DNA from: Girardia tigrina
Lineage: Eukaryota
Assembly (NCBI GenBank): GCA_001938485.1
Contig: MQRK01170068.1
Span: 59,651 to 112,783, forward strand
DNA length: 53,133 bases
Direction of reading: 5' to 3'
Shown here: one piece after another, positions 39,394 to 51,598 of the stretch
How positions within the stretch are numbered: position 1 is the first letter of the stretch
Layout: every line of letters begins with the position of its first letter
Notes under the pieces: generated by a model
Seen by the model: the letters and a program-made list of their open reading frames with translations, nothing else
Told to the model about the DNA's origin: nothing
The model's database searches: none
Made by a program: the position numbers and the translations under genes

Positions 39394-39719
39394 TGTTAAA
39401 TAAAAAACTTTTAAAATGGCGTCTATTATTTTTATTTTTTACAAATAAATTGCCATTAAATCTTAATGATATATATATATATGTATATATAATGTCTTAT
39501 TAGATAATTAAATATTAGTTTTACTAAATATTACTCGCTTTATCAAATTTAAAGAGTAAGAAATGCTATATTTAATTATAAAGGATTTTTAAAAATAAAA
39601 TTAAATGATTAAAGTAATTCAAAAAATCACTACAAAATTATAGTAAATAACAACCATACTTTATATCATAGTTTTTTCAAGTAATTCTTTTAATTATATA
39701 TTTAAAATAACATATTTAA

Positions 39720-40190
39720 ACGTATTTAGAACGCACTAGTATGTAAGATGCACTCCGATTTTTTTAATGTTTTTAAACATTAATTTAGTAGCACATTACA
39801 CAAGTATAACATTTGAACATGAACTAAAATACAGAAGGAAAATCGTAACAACCCTTTATTCAATCTTTTGACCAGAAAAAAATCGCCATACAAATATTGT
39901 AGAGAAAAGTACAGCACGGTATTCCAGCTACGAAATAATAGTCAGAAAGCATAAACACTTGTCATTAGCTTAAAGAACTTCCGCCTTTGAATAGGATGCT
40001 GAACATTCGACTGTGACTAACTTGTGTCGATTTTCTATATCTTATTGTCAAAGTTTGAATACTTTGCTGAACGAAAGCTGACGGTCAGTAAAAAAAGACA
40101 AGCCTACAAAAACAAGCTCTCATCATCACTTTAAAGACAAGAAAAGCTAAATTGTTGGTAAATAAATGCATTATAAAAGTTATAAAGCAG
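39720..40190 (+). mobile_element. Possible pogo-like element remnant
   Basis: CGTATTT..ACGCACT..TAAGATGCACT resembles pogo-family subterminal repeats; no clear coding motif. Confidence 0.3.
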
Positions 40191-40909
40191 GGTAACTGAT
40201 AAGAAAATTATTTTATTATCGCAAAAGATAATAATTTCTAAAAAAAATATACTTTAAATTTTTAGTGTTGAAATATAAAATCTAAGAAAACCAGTCTCAT
40301 TATTTACATATCAATCACCTCGTGAATAACATTGAGAAATTATTTTTAAAACATAATGAAAGAAAATATAATTAACTGAATTCTTAAATGAACTTCATAA
40401 ATAATACGAGAATTTGTGACTGCTAACCGTCTGTTATGTCATTCTTCTTCGAATTAGGATTATTTCCCATAACTTTGTTGAGTTTCTTAATCATTTTAGT
40501 TAGAAATTAATCACAGAAATTATCTTTTCAAATTTTAGTAATTTTAAAAAATATCAAGGTTAACAGTACAAGTATCTCACATATTTAAACAAACAGAATT
40601 TCAATTACAAAATTTTACTTTTGAAAATTAAAGTTATATTATACTAAAAATTCAATTTTTTAATTAAATATTTGTTATTATGTATTGTATTTATTTTAAA
40701 TAAATGAAAATGAAACACTAATTTTATCATTTGAAAATTATTCTTTAATATATTACTTATTGTTTTTCAAAGATTGCTTAAATCTGTTACCAGAAATAAC
40801 TAAAATTACTGATTTCAAATGGTTAACATAATTTGTAAACTATTTCCAGCCATTTTTAAACCGCGTGTTGTAATGAGTAAATCAGCATATTTTACATTAT
40901 TTATACTTA

Positions 40910-41699
40910 TTTATTTGATACACGAATGTTCGGAATTAAAATTCGAATAACTATTATATTTGTATTAATATTATTATTTATAATCCTCATCAATCCTCCC
41001 AATTCAAATTTTAAATTGCAAGAAAAGAAAATAGATTTGTTTGAATTGCATTTGGAATTTTTACTGCAATATATGAGAGGAAAACCGTTTTTGACAAAAT
41101 CCAACATACCATGATTCATCTTTTTGAAATATTTTGACTGACGCTTGGTTAAATTGAAAGTTAAGATTGCAGAGTTTAGGTTTCTCTTGAGTCCTTAAAG
41201 TTGATCGACCGTTCCTGTTATATCAGTGAAAATTTCTCGTGTTTTGCGACATTATAATGCTGTTTGATTGGTAATTGAAATAAATTTCCAAATAACTTAC
41301 TTTTCTTCTGGTGTAGATACTAGATTTGTTCCTATTTTCTTAACTTTTTTCTGTAACTCTTTAAGTTCCAATTCCAGTTTTTCAATCTCGCTCTCTAAAC
41401 TCTAAATCTGAGCGTAGCCCTCTTTCATCTGCACCTCATTTCCGATTTTCTTTTATTCATCTTAATGTGATTCTGTTTCGACATTTTATTAAAATCATTT
41501 TTCAAACCGTCGTATTTTTTTGAATTTTTGCTTTATCGATATTCCTTTTATTTACAGATGTTAAAGTCCAATATTTTCCGTCACTCTTTTATCCTATATT
41601 CGACCATTCTATCGACTTGGACCATCAATTCCTGTAACTCAGCATCACAAGACGTTTGTCGACAAGAAGGAGTAACAAATTAAGAAAAACACTAGCCAT
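40910..41699 (-). pseudogene. CEP63/DEUP1-like N-terminal region, decayed genomic copy with small introns
   Basis: TSCDAELQELMVQVDRMVEYRIKE* (41655-41581) vs CEP63 [25 protein letters not shown]; downstream LKNDFNKMSKQ and SEIEKL...YRKKLRK*EQ also align; two ~41-46 bp GT..AG introns; stops and frameshifts. Confidence 0.75.
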
Positions 41700-41807
41700 T
41701 ACACATATATGTATAGCCTTCTTTTTTAAGATGTTAAGTTTTTTTCATCAGTAAACTTAATGATAAAAGCTGATAAACTGACTAAGGATGTGGGGGATTG
41801 AAGCACG

Positions 41808-41902
41808 GGCATCATTTCAATGTTACGTTACACTTCACAAATCACCCCTCCCCCCTCGTCACACTTTGTTACAAAATTCTGATCCCCCTCCTCCTCCTGC
41901 AC
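41808..41902 (-). mobile_element. Zator left-end remnant
   Basis: Similar to the reverse complement of 23720-23805 (GTCACAC..CAAAATTCTGA..CCTCC). Confidence 0.7.
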
Positions 41903-41979
41903 ATATATATATATATATATATACTGTTGAAATTTCGATTAATGTTAATTTGTTTTAATATTCAATAGTTTTGGAATCG

Positions 41980-42960
41980 TGTGCAGAGTTAAAATTCGGA
42001 TTGAAGAAACATTAATTCTATATTAAGTGAATTTTTGACAAATTTGAAATCGTATGCTCGATCAGAAATTGGGAAAAAGTAGAAAAAAATGTTGCGTTTT
42101 TATTTATTGATGATGTTTACAACTTGTAACCGAACTTATCGGGTGAAACAAATGAATCATATGAGACAATCAAAATTGCGATCAAAAGGGCTTTTGTATT
42201 GTCTAACATCTCAGTATCTCATAATTTTATACATAGAAAGTTTAAACATGGCGAGTCTATCGAAGTTTATTACAATTTGAGAAAGTCCCTCGGAAATGCT
42301 AGCGATGATATAATACTGATGACGTTTATTAATGGTCTGTCTTCCCATGTAGAATTAATACAATTATATTCAACAAATGATGGTAGAATATTACTGGAAT
42401 TGAATGATAAGAATTTAGGCATTCTTGGAACCAAAAAGTTAAATTCTACTGGAAAACATAGTAGGGTGAGTGCTGGCTACACTAACACCTATAAAGTGTC
42501 ATGAAGGTTCAATAAACGTAGGGTTATGGCGAATGTTAGCCACAAAAAAAGCTTTCATGAGCCAAATTATCAAGTGAGATCTTTTACGTGTAACAAAGTT
42601 GGCCATTTTATGAAAAACAGTTCGGGAAACTGTAATGAAGATACAAATTAATCGAAACTGATTGTATCTCATCAAGTATAGGTTTCATAGTGCTTTCATA
42701 GATGCAGGCTGTAGCGTCACGGTCATTAGACAGAAGATGGGGAAGCATAATGAGCAAATTATGAATAATAAATAGTGCTTGTTTAGGAGGCATGAAAGAG
42801 AAGATTCGTATTAAGGTTGCTGGGCGAGAGATATAAACAGAATGTTTGAATGTAGATAATTTGCTAGCTGAAGTAGAAATAATTATTAGTTCGTAAGATA
42901 AATTCGAGTTAAAGGATTAAAATCCAATAATCAAAATCATACATGTGAATAATCTACAAT
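41980..42960 (+). mobile_element. Decayed LTR-retrotransposon gag-protease fragment
   Basis: KFEIVCSIRNW, GESIEVY, FINGL, degenerate knuckle FTCNKVGHF, protease AFIDAGCSVTVI. Confidence 0.65.
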
Positions 42961-43037
42961 TTAGTGTAAATTTAAACAAGAATTTATAATCTATGTCATT
43001 AAATATATTATTTAATATTACATTGCCCTATTCGAAA

Positions 43038-43600
43038 TCATCTGTAGATCGGTTTGGGATTACACGTACTTCTCATTGGATATTTTCTCTCTTTGACCTG
43101 AGCCGTTTCATTGCTCTTTGTTCTCCAAGTTCGTATACTGGTCTGAGTCTTTGTTTCCCAACTCTGATCTTCGGTTTCTTTCACTGCTTTGATCTCGTTG
43201 TAGTTACGTTGTATTTCTTTTCTCGTCCCTTCATGGTATAAACTGAATGTCCAGTTGTCAATAATTCTCCTGATGAATGGTCCAATATATTTATTTTCAA
43301 ATCTTTGTGCTCCTTGATTTTTGATCATAAATTTCTGCCCGACTTGTAGTTTTGAGTTCCACCGATGCTTCTCATACCTCAATTTATCTCTTTTATTCTG
43401 GTCCCTCACATTTCTAGTGATGAATTCGTGGACTATTTTTATCTTACTTCTCATTTCATTCACATATTCATCTGTTCTGTGATATTCCCTGTTCGAGAAG
43501 GGTTCAGAGTGAATGAATTCGATTCTTGGTTTGCATCCAAACAACACCTTGTATAGAGAATACTTCGTAGTTTTTTTACTTTGTTGTCTTATTCCCAGTT
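43038..43600 (-). mobile_element. Gypsy integrase C-terminal fragment
   Basis: LFGCKPR...LQVGQKFMIKN...KYIGPF (GPY/F motif). Confidence 0.8.
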
Positions 43601-43689
43601 CTATGAATGTAAATTACAAATTAATGATTAAAAATGATTATATAAAATATTTTATTTTAGCCAATAAAATTTAAATTAAATATTTTTAA

Positions 43690-43975
43690 TAAAATAATTT
43701 TCTCAAGTATAGTTCAGATTAAAATGAGAGATATTGAAAATTGAGTGATGGATTTTAGTGAAACCAATACTATTGATCATCATAAAGAGGATAAGAAATG
43801 TGAATGTTATAAATTTTCTGTCAAATGTGTGAGTTCTCTTAACAGCATGTATTAGGGATTTATATGTATGCCACATATTACGTGCTGGAAAATCCGAACG
43901 CAACATATTTTTAGTCAAAAAATAATAAATCAAATTTTTGTTGACAAATTCATTGAGATACATATCGGATAAATC
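43690..43975 (+). repeat. Unclassified family, module B copy (35-aa ORF at 43748-43855)
   Basis: MDFSETNTIDHHKEDKKCECYKFSVKCVSSLNSMY aligns ungapped to the 7174 peptide (M1, E5, K13, C18, K22, S29, N32). Confidence 0.45.
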
Positions 43976-44049
43976 CAGTTCTCACAATAAATTTATAATC
44001 TTTTCAGCAGAATAATAACTTTTTTCATTAAAATTAAAGCGTTCCTTTT

Positions 44050-44330
44050 TATCATTGTGGTGCTGACTGCCGAACCGAATGGAGGCAACCAGCATCTCTT
44101 AATTGTGCGGGAAATTGTCGTTGGTGGACATGATCGGTCGGTTCCAGTGTCCAACGGTCGATACACGGACGTGCGTCGGAGCCGCAAACGTTCCACAGCG
44201 GCTCGCCGAAGTGTGTTGGTCTTTTCGGCGGCGTCGCATCGGTCGGTGGTCCACTCGATGCGTCCAAGTGGGTTGTCCGGATGCCGCTTCGCTGAACAAT
44301 GAGGCGGCAGCTCTGGTCCGCTCGATTTCA
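44050..44330. other. CpG-rich island of unknown origin (possible decayed gene fragment)
   Basis: High GC/CpG block with several open frames and no recognisable motif. Confidence 0.4.
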
Positions 44331-45712
44331 TTAGTTTACAATTTGAAAACATGAGATATAAAATCAGAAATCGGTTATTTTTATAAAGCATTCATTTTTG
44401 ACCGACATCATTACAAAATTCAAATTTCCCATGTTTTTTAAAAAATTTTATACAATTTAATTTAATTTAAATAAACAAAACATTTAATTAAATTTTTTGT
44501 TTTCCATCGATTATCGGATCACTACAATCATTATGTAAGTTTTTTGTTTTATTAAAACATAGTTAAACTTATAAAAATGTATCACTGCGTTTCGTTTGTA
44601 AACTTTGAAGATTAGATAGCGCAAAGGTTAATAGAAAAGCTTTGAAGATCCAGTTTTCATGAATGTTATGTTTCAATTTAAAATTTTATCATGGTAGATA
44701 AGTGAGACAAATTATAACTTGGTAAACTGTTAGACATAAATGTTGAGATCTTTAAAACAAAATGCATAACAAATCAAAAATTATAATGAATTCATTAATC
44801 TCATTAACTATGTGAGAGGTGGTTGCAACATCTATATCAGAAATCATTTTTTTAAACACCAAAATTTATTAATATAACAATTCACATTTCTAAAACAAAT
44901 TTTCCTGTTAATTAAAATTAATTATCTCGACCCAAATTAATCTATTAAATTTTTTTCGATTTAATTTTTAAAATCCTGAAAATTTATTTCGAAAATTTAT
45001 TTCAAAAAAAATATTTAAACTTTATTTTCAAAATATGCTTATTAAAAATATTTTTATTTATAAATAAATATTTAATATTTTTGTTTTCTTGACATTTTTA
45101 ATTTNANGATATTTAATATTATTTAGATACATTAAAGATATTTTTTTATTTTTAAATAAATATTTTACTTTTTTTTATGATTTTCTTTTATTATATAATT
45201 TTTAATTTTTAAAATATATAATAAGCAAATTAACATAAAAATATTTTACCCTTTAAATTAAAAAATAATAAACTATTCAGGCGAGATAAAAATTTAAAAT
45301 TAACCCCTCATAAACTATATAAAATTATATTACATTTTATTAAAATATATAAACAATTCACGAGAAAAATTAAATATTTATAAAGATTTTGACTATGGAC
45401 GCTGAAAATATAATTTTATCAGTCTTGTATCAACATATAATTAATTTCGAACACATAAATATTTTTGATGACTAATTTCAGATTCAATTATGCTAACAGT
45501 AAATTATTTTTCCATTATAATAAATATATTAAATTAATAAATATATTAAATAAATATATTAAATATATTATTTAATTGTTTTAACATAGTGAATAATTAA
45601 AAACAACATTTGGATAATCACTAAAATTTACAACTTGTTTCGTTCATAACAGAACATAATCGGGTAGATCGTTCATTATCCGTTTTCGTTCGTCCAGAAA
45701 ATTTATGTTTAG

Positions 45713-48318
45713 TGTACGTTTTGGGGTCACAAAAACCCAATTTGCAATCGATAACAATATATTTGTCGTTATTAAATTTTAATTTCTTTTCTACAACGAT
45801 TTCAATCTTTTGTCTATTAAAGAAAATCCCATAAGTTAACCAAAGTTATAAAAGATTAGGAATAACTCTAAATAATCAATAAATTGATTTCACAAAACAA
45901 ATCTCAGTCATTATGGCAACATTCAATACAAATCATTCCTATATGGGTAACACATTAATTTCCCCAATGAACTAATTTCCCTAGTGAATTAATTTCTTAA
46001 TGAATTTGTTTTTTTTGTTTCAATATTACTTAGGGTTAGGGTTATAGGGTTATGTTAGGGTTAGGGTTAGGAAAATTAATTCACTAGAAAATGTTTAGGA
46101 AAATTAATAACTAATTAAAAAATTTAATTCATTAAGAAATTAATGCCCTATAAATTAATTTACTGGGGAAATTAATTCATTGGAAAAATTAATGCAGTAA
46201 CTCTTCCTATATGCTGGAGGCACACATAGCGGTCACAGATCATGTATAAAAGTTTTGTTTTTTGATCTGAAATTCTTGGAAAAATATTGCATCGTTTTCT
46301 TATGGAGGTTGAAATTATTCCAACGTCGTTTTTAGGGATTGCTTCGTACCCACAAGATTGCTACACTCTAATAATTGGATTTCGTGTAATTTTTCGACTT
46401 GTAACACGGCTTTTGATATTGTGGTCAACAAGTTGGAAACCAATATTTTTTAAGAATTCTCTTCGTCATTCACGATTCACGTTACTTGGTCTAAATAAAA
46501 CAGATGCGTCAATGCCAGCAATGTAGATAAGATTCATAAAAACTTTGTAAGGCTATCTTCTACATTTTCTCTTGCTACAGTAATACCGAACTTTCTTGTC
46601 CATGTTGTCAACACCGGCTTTTGTTTGATTGTAAAAAGTCACAATTTCTTGTTTGTTATTTACATTTGCAGGCTTTGCATGCATCGCTGATAAGAGAAGA
46701 ACATGGGACTTTACCTTGTTCCAGTAGCTAACAAGATATAGTGACCATTGAAAAGTACTTTGAATCCTTCTTATTTCTTCCAATACTGTTTGTAGAATCT
46801 ATAGGAATATCTCTGCAGTTTTTTCGAACTGTTCTAACAATTGTAGTCTTCTTTTTTATTAAATTTTCAGCCAACCGACAACTCGTAAACCAATCGTCTG
46901 TTGTGAGATTTCTACCGATGTTGAGGAAAGGCTGCATAATTTTCATAGTAAGGACATCAGTAAACGTGCTAAAATTTTCTTTAACAGATTCTCTCAAAGT
47001 ACTTTCTCCAGTGTATGTAATGCGATTGAGGACATAATTTGATTGAGAATTACAAAGCCAGAAGAATTTGATTCCAAATTTTCCAGGTTTGTTAGAAATA
47101 TATTGCTAAAATTTTAGTCTCCTATGAAATTCCATGAGTTGCTCATCAAGAGTCAAATAACGAGAAGGTTCTTAATATTGACAAAGTTTTCCAATAAACA
47201 AATTGAAAACATGACAAATTGGTGAAAATGGATCCTCCGGAGACTGGGTTTGTCTGTCATCATATCGTTTGTAAATCGATTTTTAAAAATCGTTCGCGAC
47301 TCATTGACGCTCTAAATATTGGTAGACCATCGCGTTCTGACCATAATTCTTCTGTGTGACGATATTGGGATTTGAAAACCCCTGCCAAGATGTGAAGACC
47401 AATAAATGCATTCATTTCGAGTATATTTACTGGCTTACAATTTTTATTCGCATGATTTTCACGATTAAATTTCAATGCGGATCTTTTACCTTCAATATTT
47501 GTATGAAGTACTGCTTCATCAATAATTTCTGTTACATATATTTCAAGAGACTCCATTTCTGATATTGGGTTGATACCAGGTTTTTTTCCAGACCGAAAAT
47601 TCTCCAAATTGTGTCTTGGTAAACGACCTTGTCGTTGTGGAGGATTTTTGTGTCAGGCTCTTCTACTACTAGCAACAAAAGTGGTAATTTCATCATCTTC
47701 ACTTGAATCTAAATCGATTTCTTCATCAGAATCTGAAGGAAGTGGTGTGAGAACTTCCTCTGGCAAAGTTTTATCTCTTTCATCAGCACTGTTGACATTA
47801 TCATTATCATCATCGTGTTGTGAATTAACATCTTCTTCTACCACAGGTCCATCATCAAAATTCACAGATTCATTGCTTTCTTCGTCCGATGAAATTTCGT
47901 TACTGATCCTTCTATTTGCCTTGGCTTTACCTTCTCGAGGATATAATATTCGTGACATTCTGCTGGAAAACATATATATTTGTAAGAAAATTATAAAAAT
48001 AAAAAAACAAAATCATAAAATAGCATTTGAAATAATAAAATGATAAAATCTGAGGCCATGTCACTTTAGATCAATTTCGGATCTAAGAAATTACTATAGT
48101 TTAAATGGGGTCTCACAGACCCCATTACATACTTAACTATAAATAAACAAAAATAATTAACCAGAAAAACATTTTTACAACTTTTTAAGTTTTAAATAAG
48201 AGACAATATTAAATTAGAAAAAGTCAAAAAAATTATTGATAAAATAATTTCAATTCACGAAATATTTTCTTTTTTATGACACCTGGGGTCTGAGAGACCC
48301 CGGAACGTACGACAACTG
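45713..48318 (-). mobile_element. piggyBac transposon, near full length, decayed
   Basis: TTAA at 48319-22 plus terminus; GGGGTC..GACCCC palindromes at ~48107 and ~48285 and a homologous end at ~45713; transposase 47973 to 45904 with acidic N-terminus, LDEQL, NLTTDDWFTS, YNQTKAGVD and Cys-rich C-terminus. Confidence 0.92.
45945..46203. mobile_element. MULE-like foldback MITE with internal TTAGGG repeats
   Basis: 9-bp TSD TTCCTATAT (45936-44, 46204-12); long imperfect TIRs with ATTAATTT subrepeats; TTAGGG tract at 46030-46071. Confidence 0.85.
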
Positions 48319-48329
48319 TTAAAGAACAA

Positions 48330-48690
48330 ATTTTTCACATTCAAAAATTAATGAGTTGTTTGTATCAAAAAGATAATCACAAAAAAAGCAAATTGATTTT
48401 TCACAGGAAATAAACCCTTGGTTTATAAAAACATTTGGATGATATTATCTTGGTATTTTTAAAGACAAAGCTTATTTAGAACCGTTATTAAATTTCATGA
48501 ATGAAAAGCATTCCAATATAAAGTTAACAATTGAAACTGCGGCTTATGTCAGACCCTCTTTTTATGATGTTCTGATTAGAATGACGAATGATAATTATGA
48601 AACTGAAATTAATGGAAAGAGAACGGACACTGTGTACTACATCAAACAGTTTTCGGAGAAAGAAATTAAAATGTGGTCTTAACAAGGACT
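48330..48690 (+). mobile_element. Penelope-like element RT C-terminal fragment
   Basis: HLDDIILGIF...LLNFMNEKHSNIKLTIE...SFYDVLI...KRTDT matches PLE RT (RYxDD...LNxxHxNIKFTxE...PFLDV...YRKxT). Confidence 0.8.
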
Positions 48691-50139
48691 TGATAAGAGA
48701 AGAACAGACTAAATAAGAACATGTATTCTGATAGTGTTATTGATAAAAGTTTAAGCAGGTTATTTTTGATTTTCCTAAATTATAAAAAAGTAAAAAAAAT
48801 TTAAATAAAAAATGGAAAAGTAAATATTAGATCAAAATTAAAAGAATGTTTTATTTATAATAATTTTGTTATCGTTTAAACGCATTTGTAGTTGTAGATG
48901 TTATTAGTGACTTTGAAATTGAGTGTTTAACACTGAATAAAATTTATAGGAGACACAAACATTTTTTATTTTGTGTTTTGACTTTTTGTTTTAAATCAAT
49001 TCGATTAAGGAGATTAAACAACAATTTGTATTTGTGTCATTGATAGAGACAGTTTGAGATACCAAGAAACATTAACCGGAAAATATTTAAAGATAAAAAT
49101 TCAAAATAATCTTTTGTAGCAAACCTAAATGAAATAAGCTCAAAGTTTAATTCAAAATGAGATTGCTTTGGAATAAATGGTTAATGACAAACAGCCAGTT
49201 TTATCTACGAATGATTGAGATTTTCGGTTATAGTTATACATGCCAACAAGCCTGAAATAAAAGAAAAACAATAACATTCTCTAACAATATTGTTGAAAAG
49301 TCTACCGAACCGACGACAGAATACTGATCATCAGGTATCTCGATACTCTATTAAGCGTGGGCCATACATATAATCTACACCTTGTCCTTACCACTTACAT
49401 TGATTAAGTCAAGTCAAAGAAAGACATTCTAAGTCATTTCTCGACGAAATGGATTGCAATTGCATTTCTCTCAATATCTTTTGTGAATACTCTACTTTGT
49501 GAAAAATTTACATTAACATCAATATTAATATTTATATTCTTGTTTACGACATCTTGATTTTTATTGTACTCCTTTCTGTGTCTTTCTCTTTGAGTGTAAT
49601 TGCATATACTTATTTTTTATTGTATATCTGGAGGTATATTTATTTTTATAGATTTTATTTTTGGTTATTTAAATTTTTACCCACAAAGTTATTTTATCCC
49701 TAAGACCAAAAGAAAATGAGAATGTTAGAATAAAAGTTTGGAAAAAAAAGAAAAAAAGGAAGATTTCAAATAATTATTTTCTCCCACAACTAAGTTATTA
49801 TTAAAATAAAATTATACATATTTAAAATTTAAAATGCAATCTATGTCATTAATTATTGTCAAACAAAACAAAAAAATAATAAAAAAATTTTAATTACAAT
49901 AGAAACTATTAATTACGTATTCTATTCTATTACGACTGATTTTATCCAAGCCGAATATGCCTAAATACTGTTCATTATTCATACCTATTAATCAATCTCG
50001 GTAACAATACCGAGAAGTCTAAGAAAAGAATATTTTTTAAAAGAATAATCCTTTTACACTAATTCACGCTAAAGAAAATGCGCCTAAGTAATTATATAAT
50101 ATAATTTTCTGCTTTTATGATTAAATCATAACAGTTCGT

Positions 50140-51598
50140 TTTAAATGGTAATGGTGTGGACAGCTTATCATAGCCGTCTGTAAGTTGGTCTGCAGAACAC
50201 AGTACCTAGAATAGAATTTTTAAACGGGGCGATTTTGGAGATCTATCGTTTCATCGGCGATAATGATGAATCTGTTACGATCCATTAGTATAATGAGCTT
50301 TGCGTCATGCTCCTCAATTAAGGCAGGTAGAGGGTGAAGACGTAGAGAATCCGATTTAAATACAGCATTTCCACCTTTTACATGTGTGAATAAAATTTGA
50401 CGACCACGGGATGATCGTTTTTTTCAATGGGGATGTTAGCGTGCACGAGTATGCCCAGATAATCATGAGTTACTTTATCTCTCTGTGCTTTAGTATTGAT
50501 TTGATGTTCAAATAAAGTCGTCATCGTACACAGCTTGCTAGCTGGCCCACATGAGGAAGCTTCTGTTTGACTTTTCAGCGTAACTTCTTGATGCGTGGTG
50601 CTGTTCAGATGATCTGTGATAGTTTGATGTCGCACATGATCAACAGTCTTGTTACAAAATGAGCAGAAGAGAATTTGTCCATCGATGTGAAATTTATCTT
50701 TCCCAAACTCTTCTACTTGGTCTTATGCGAATATCTTAATCAAAATCTTAGATATACTAGGTTTAATACACCTGTTTAAAATTATAAGAGAATTATTAAA
50801 TTGATTAAATGAATATATATTAATAAATTGAAAAATACGCATCATACATACAAATTTCTTTACATTGATTAAGGTACTTAACGTTTTACTAGGGCCATTT
50901 GAAAAATTAAAATAAATTAATGTTCAAAAAAATAAATAAAAAAATATTTCCCTCATCATGGACCTCTCTGCAAGCGGACCAGTACATTTTAAGGTCAGTA
51001 GTATGAATCGAGACAAATATCAAGAATCTCTTTCTGAACTCGTCCACCACCTTCCTCTCACCAAAAATTATTTGATACATTACAACGCCTCTATTCAAAC
51101 AGGCATTGTCACTCTGAACCATATGGAAGTGGTTCATTTGACCCAATATTCCCTATTCCTAAACCATATCGAATCAGTCTTCAATAAACACATAAAAAAA
51201 TTTCTGTTATCCCTTATGAAAATTGACATTAACAAAGATAGATTAATTGTAAAGTAAATGTAAATAAATAAATTTATAAAATAAATCTTACTTCTTATTT
51301 TTTTTTATTTGAAAATTCTATATTTCCAAAATTATGATTTAAATATAATATCTAGTGTCCTTAATTAATGTAAAAGGGCTCTAATAAATTGTAAAGTTGA
51401 GTAGTTTGCAATTTGAAAAAATACCATTTTTAAACGCATGTTAAAAAAATTGTTAATTTAAATTTATTTAAATTTTATTCAATTATTATTGCAATTTAAA
51501 TTAAATTAGTTTGTTTGTTTTTCACTTTATAATTTTTAATTTTAATAAATAATGATTGATCATGCAAATTCTTTTTCCGCGGAATTGTCTTGTCCCTG
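50140..51598 (-). mobile_element. 5' arm of the CGGBP1-like hAT element (TIR, zinc finger, first catalytic D)
   Basis: TIR reverse complement CAGGGACAAGACAATTCCGCGG; DQVEEFGKDKFHIDGQILFCSFCNKTVDHVRHQTITDHLNSTTH matches the CGGBP1-type finger; ANIPIEK.DHP; IIIADETID at ~50247-50265. Confidence 0.85.
50940..51257 (+). mobile_element. IS630/Tc1-like DDE transposase fragment
   Basis: LIHYNASIQ (DNAxIH) and HLTQYSLFLNHIESVF (LPPYSPxLNPIE). Confidence 0.7.

Noticed and set aside
40907-41119. 70-aa ORF as another module B copy
   Set aside because: Better explained as read-through of a small intron in the CEP63-like pseudogene; it lacks the M...E5 start and the upstream motif.
44586-44612. Third hammerhead on the minus strand
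   Set aside because: GAAAC and a weak stem are present but the CUGANGA box is not recognisable.
46030-46071. True telomere or chromosome fusion site
   Set aside because: Short, single-orientation tract enclosed by TIRs and a TSD.
47570-48043. Ser-rich 157-aa plus-strand ORF
   Set aside because: Antisense of the acidic piggyBac N-terminus.
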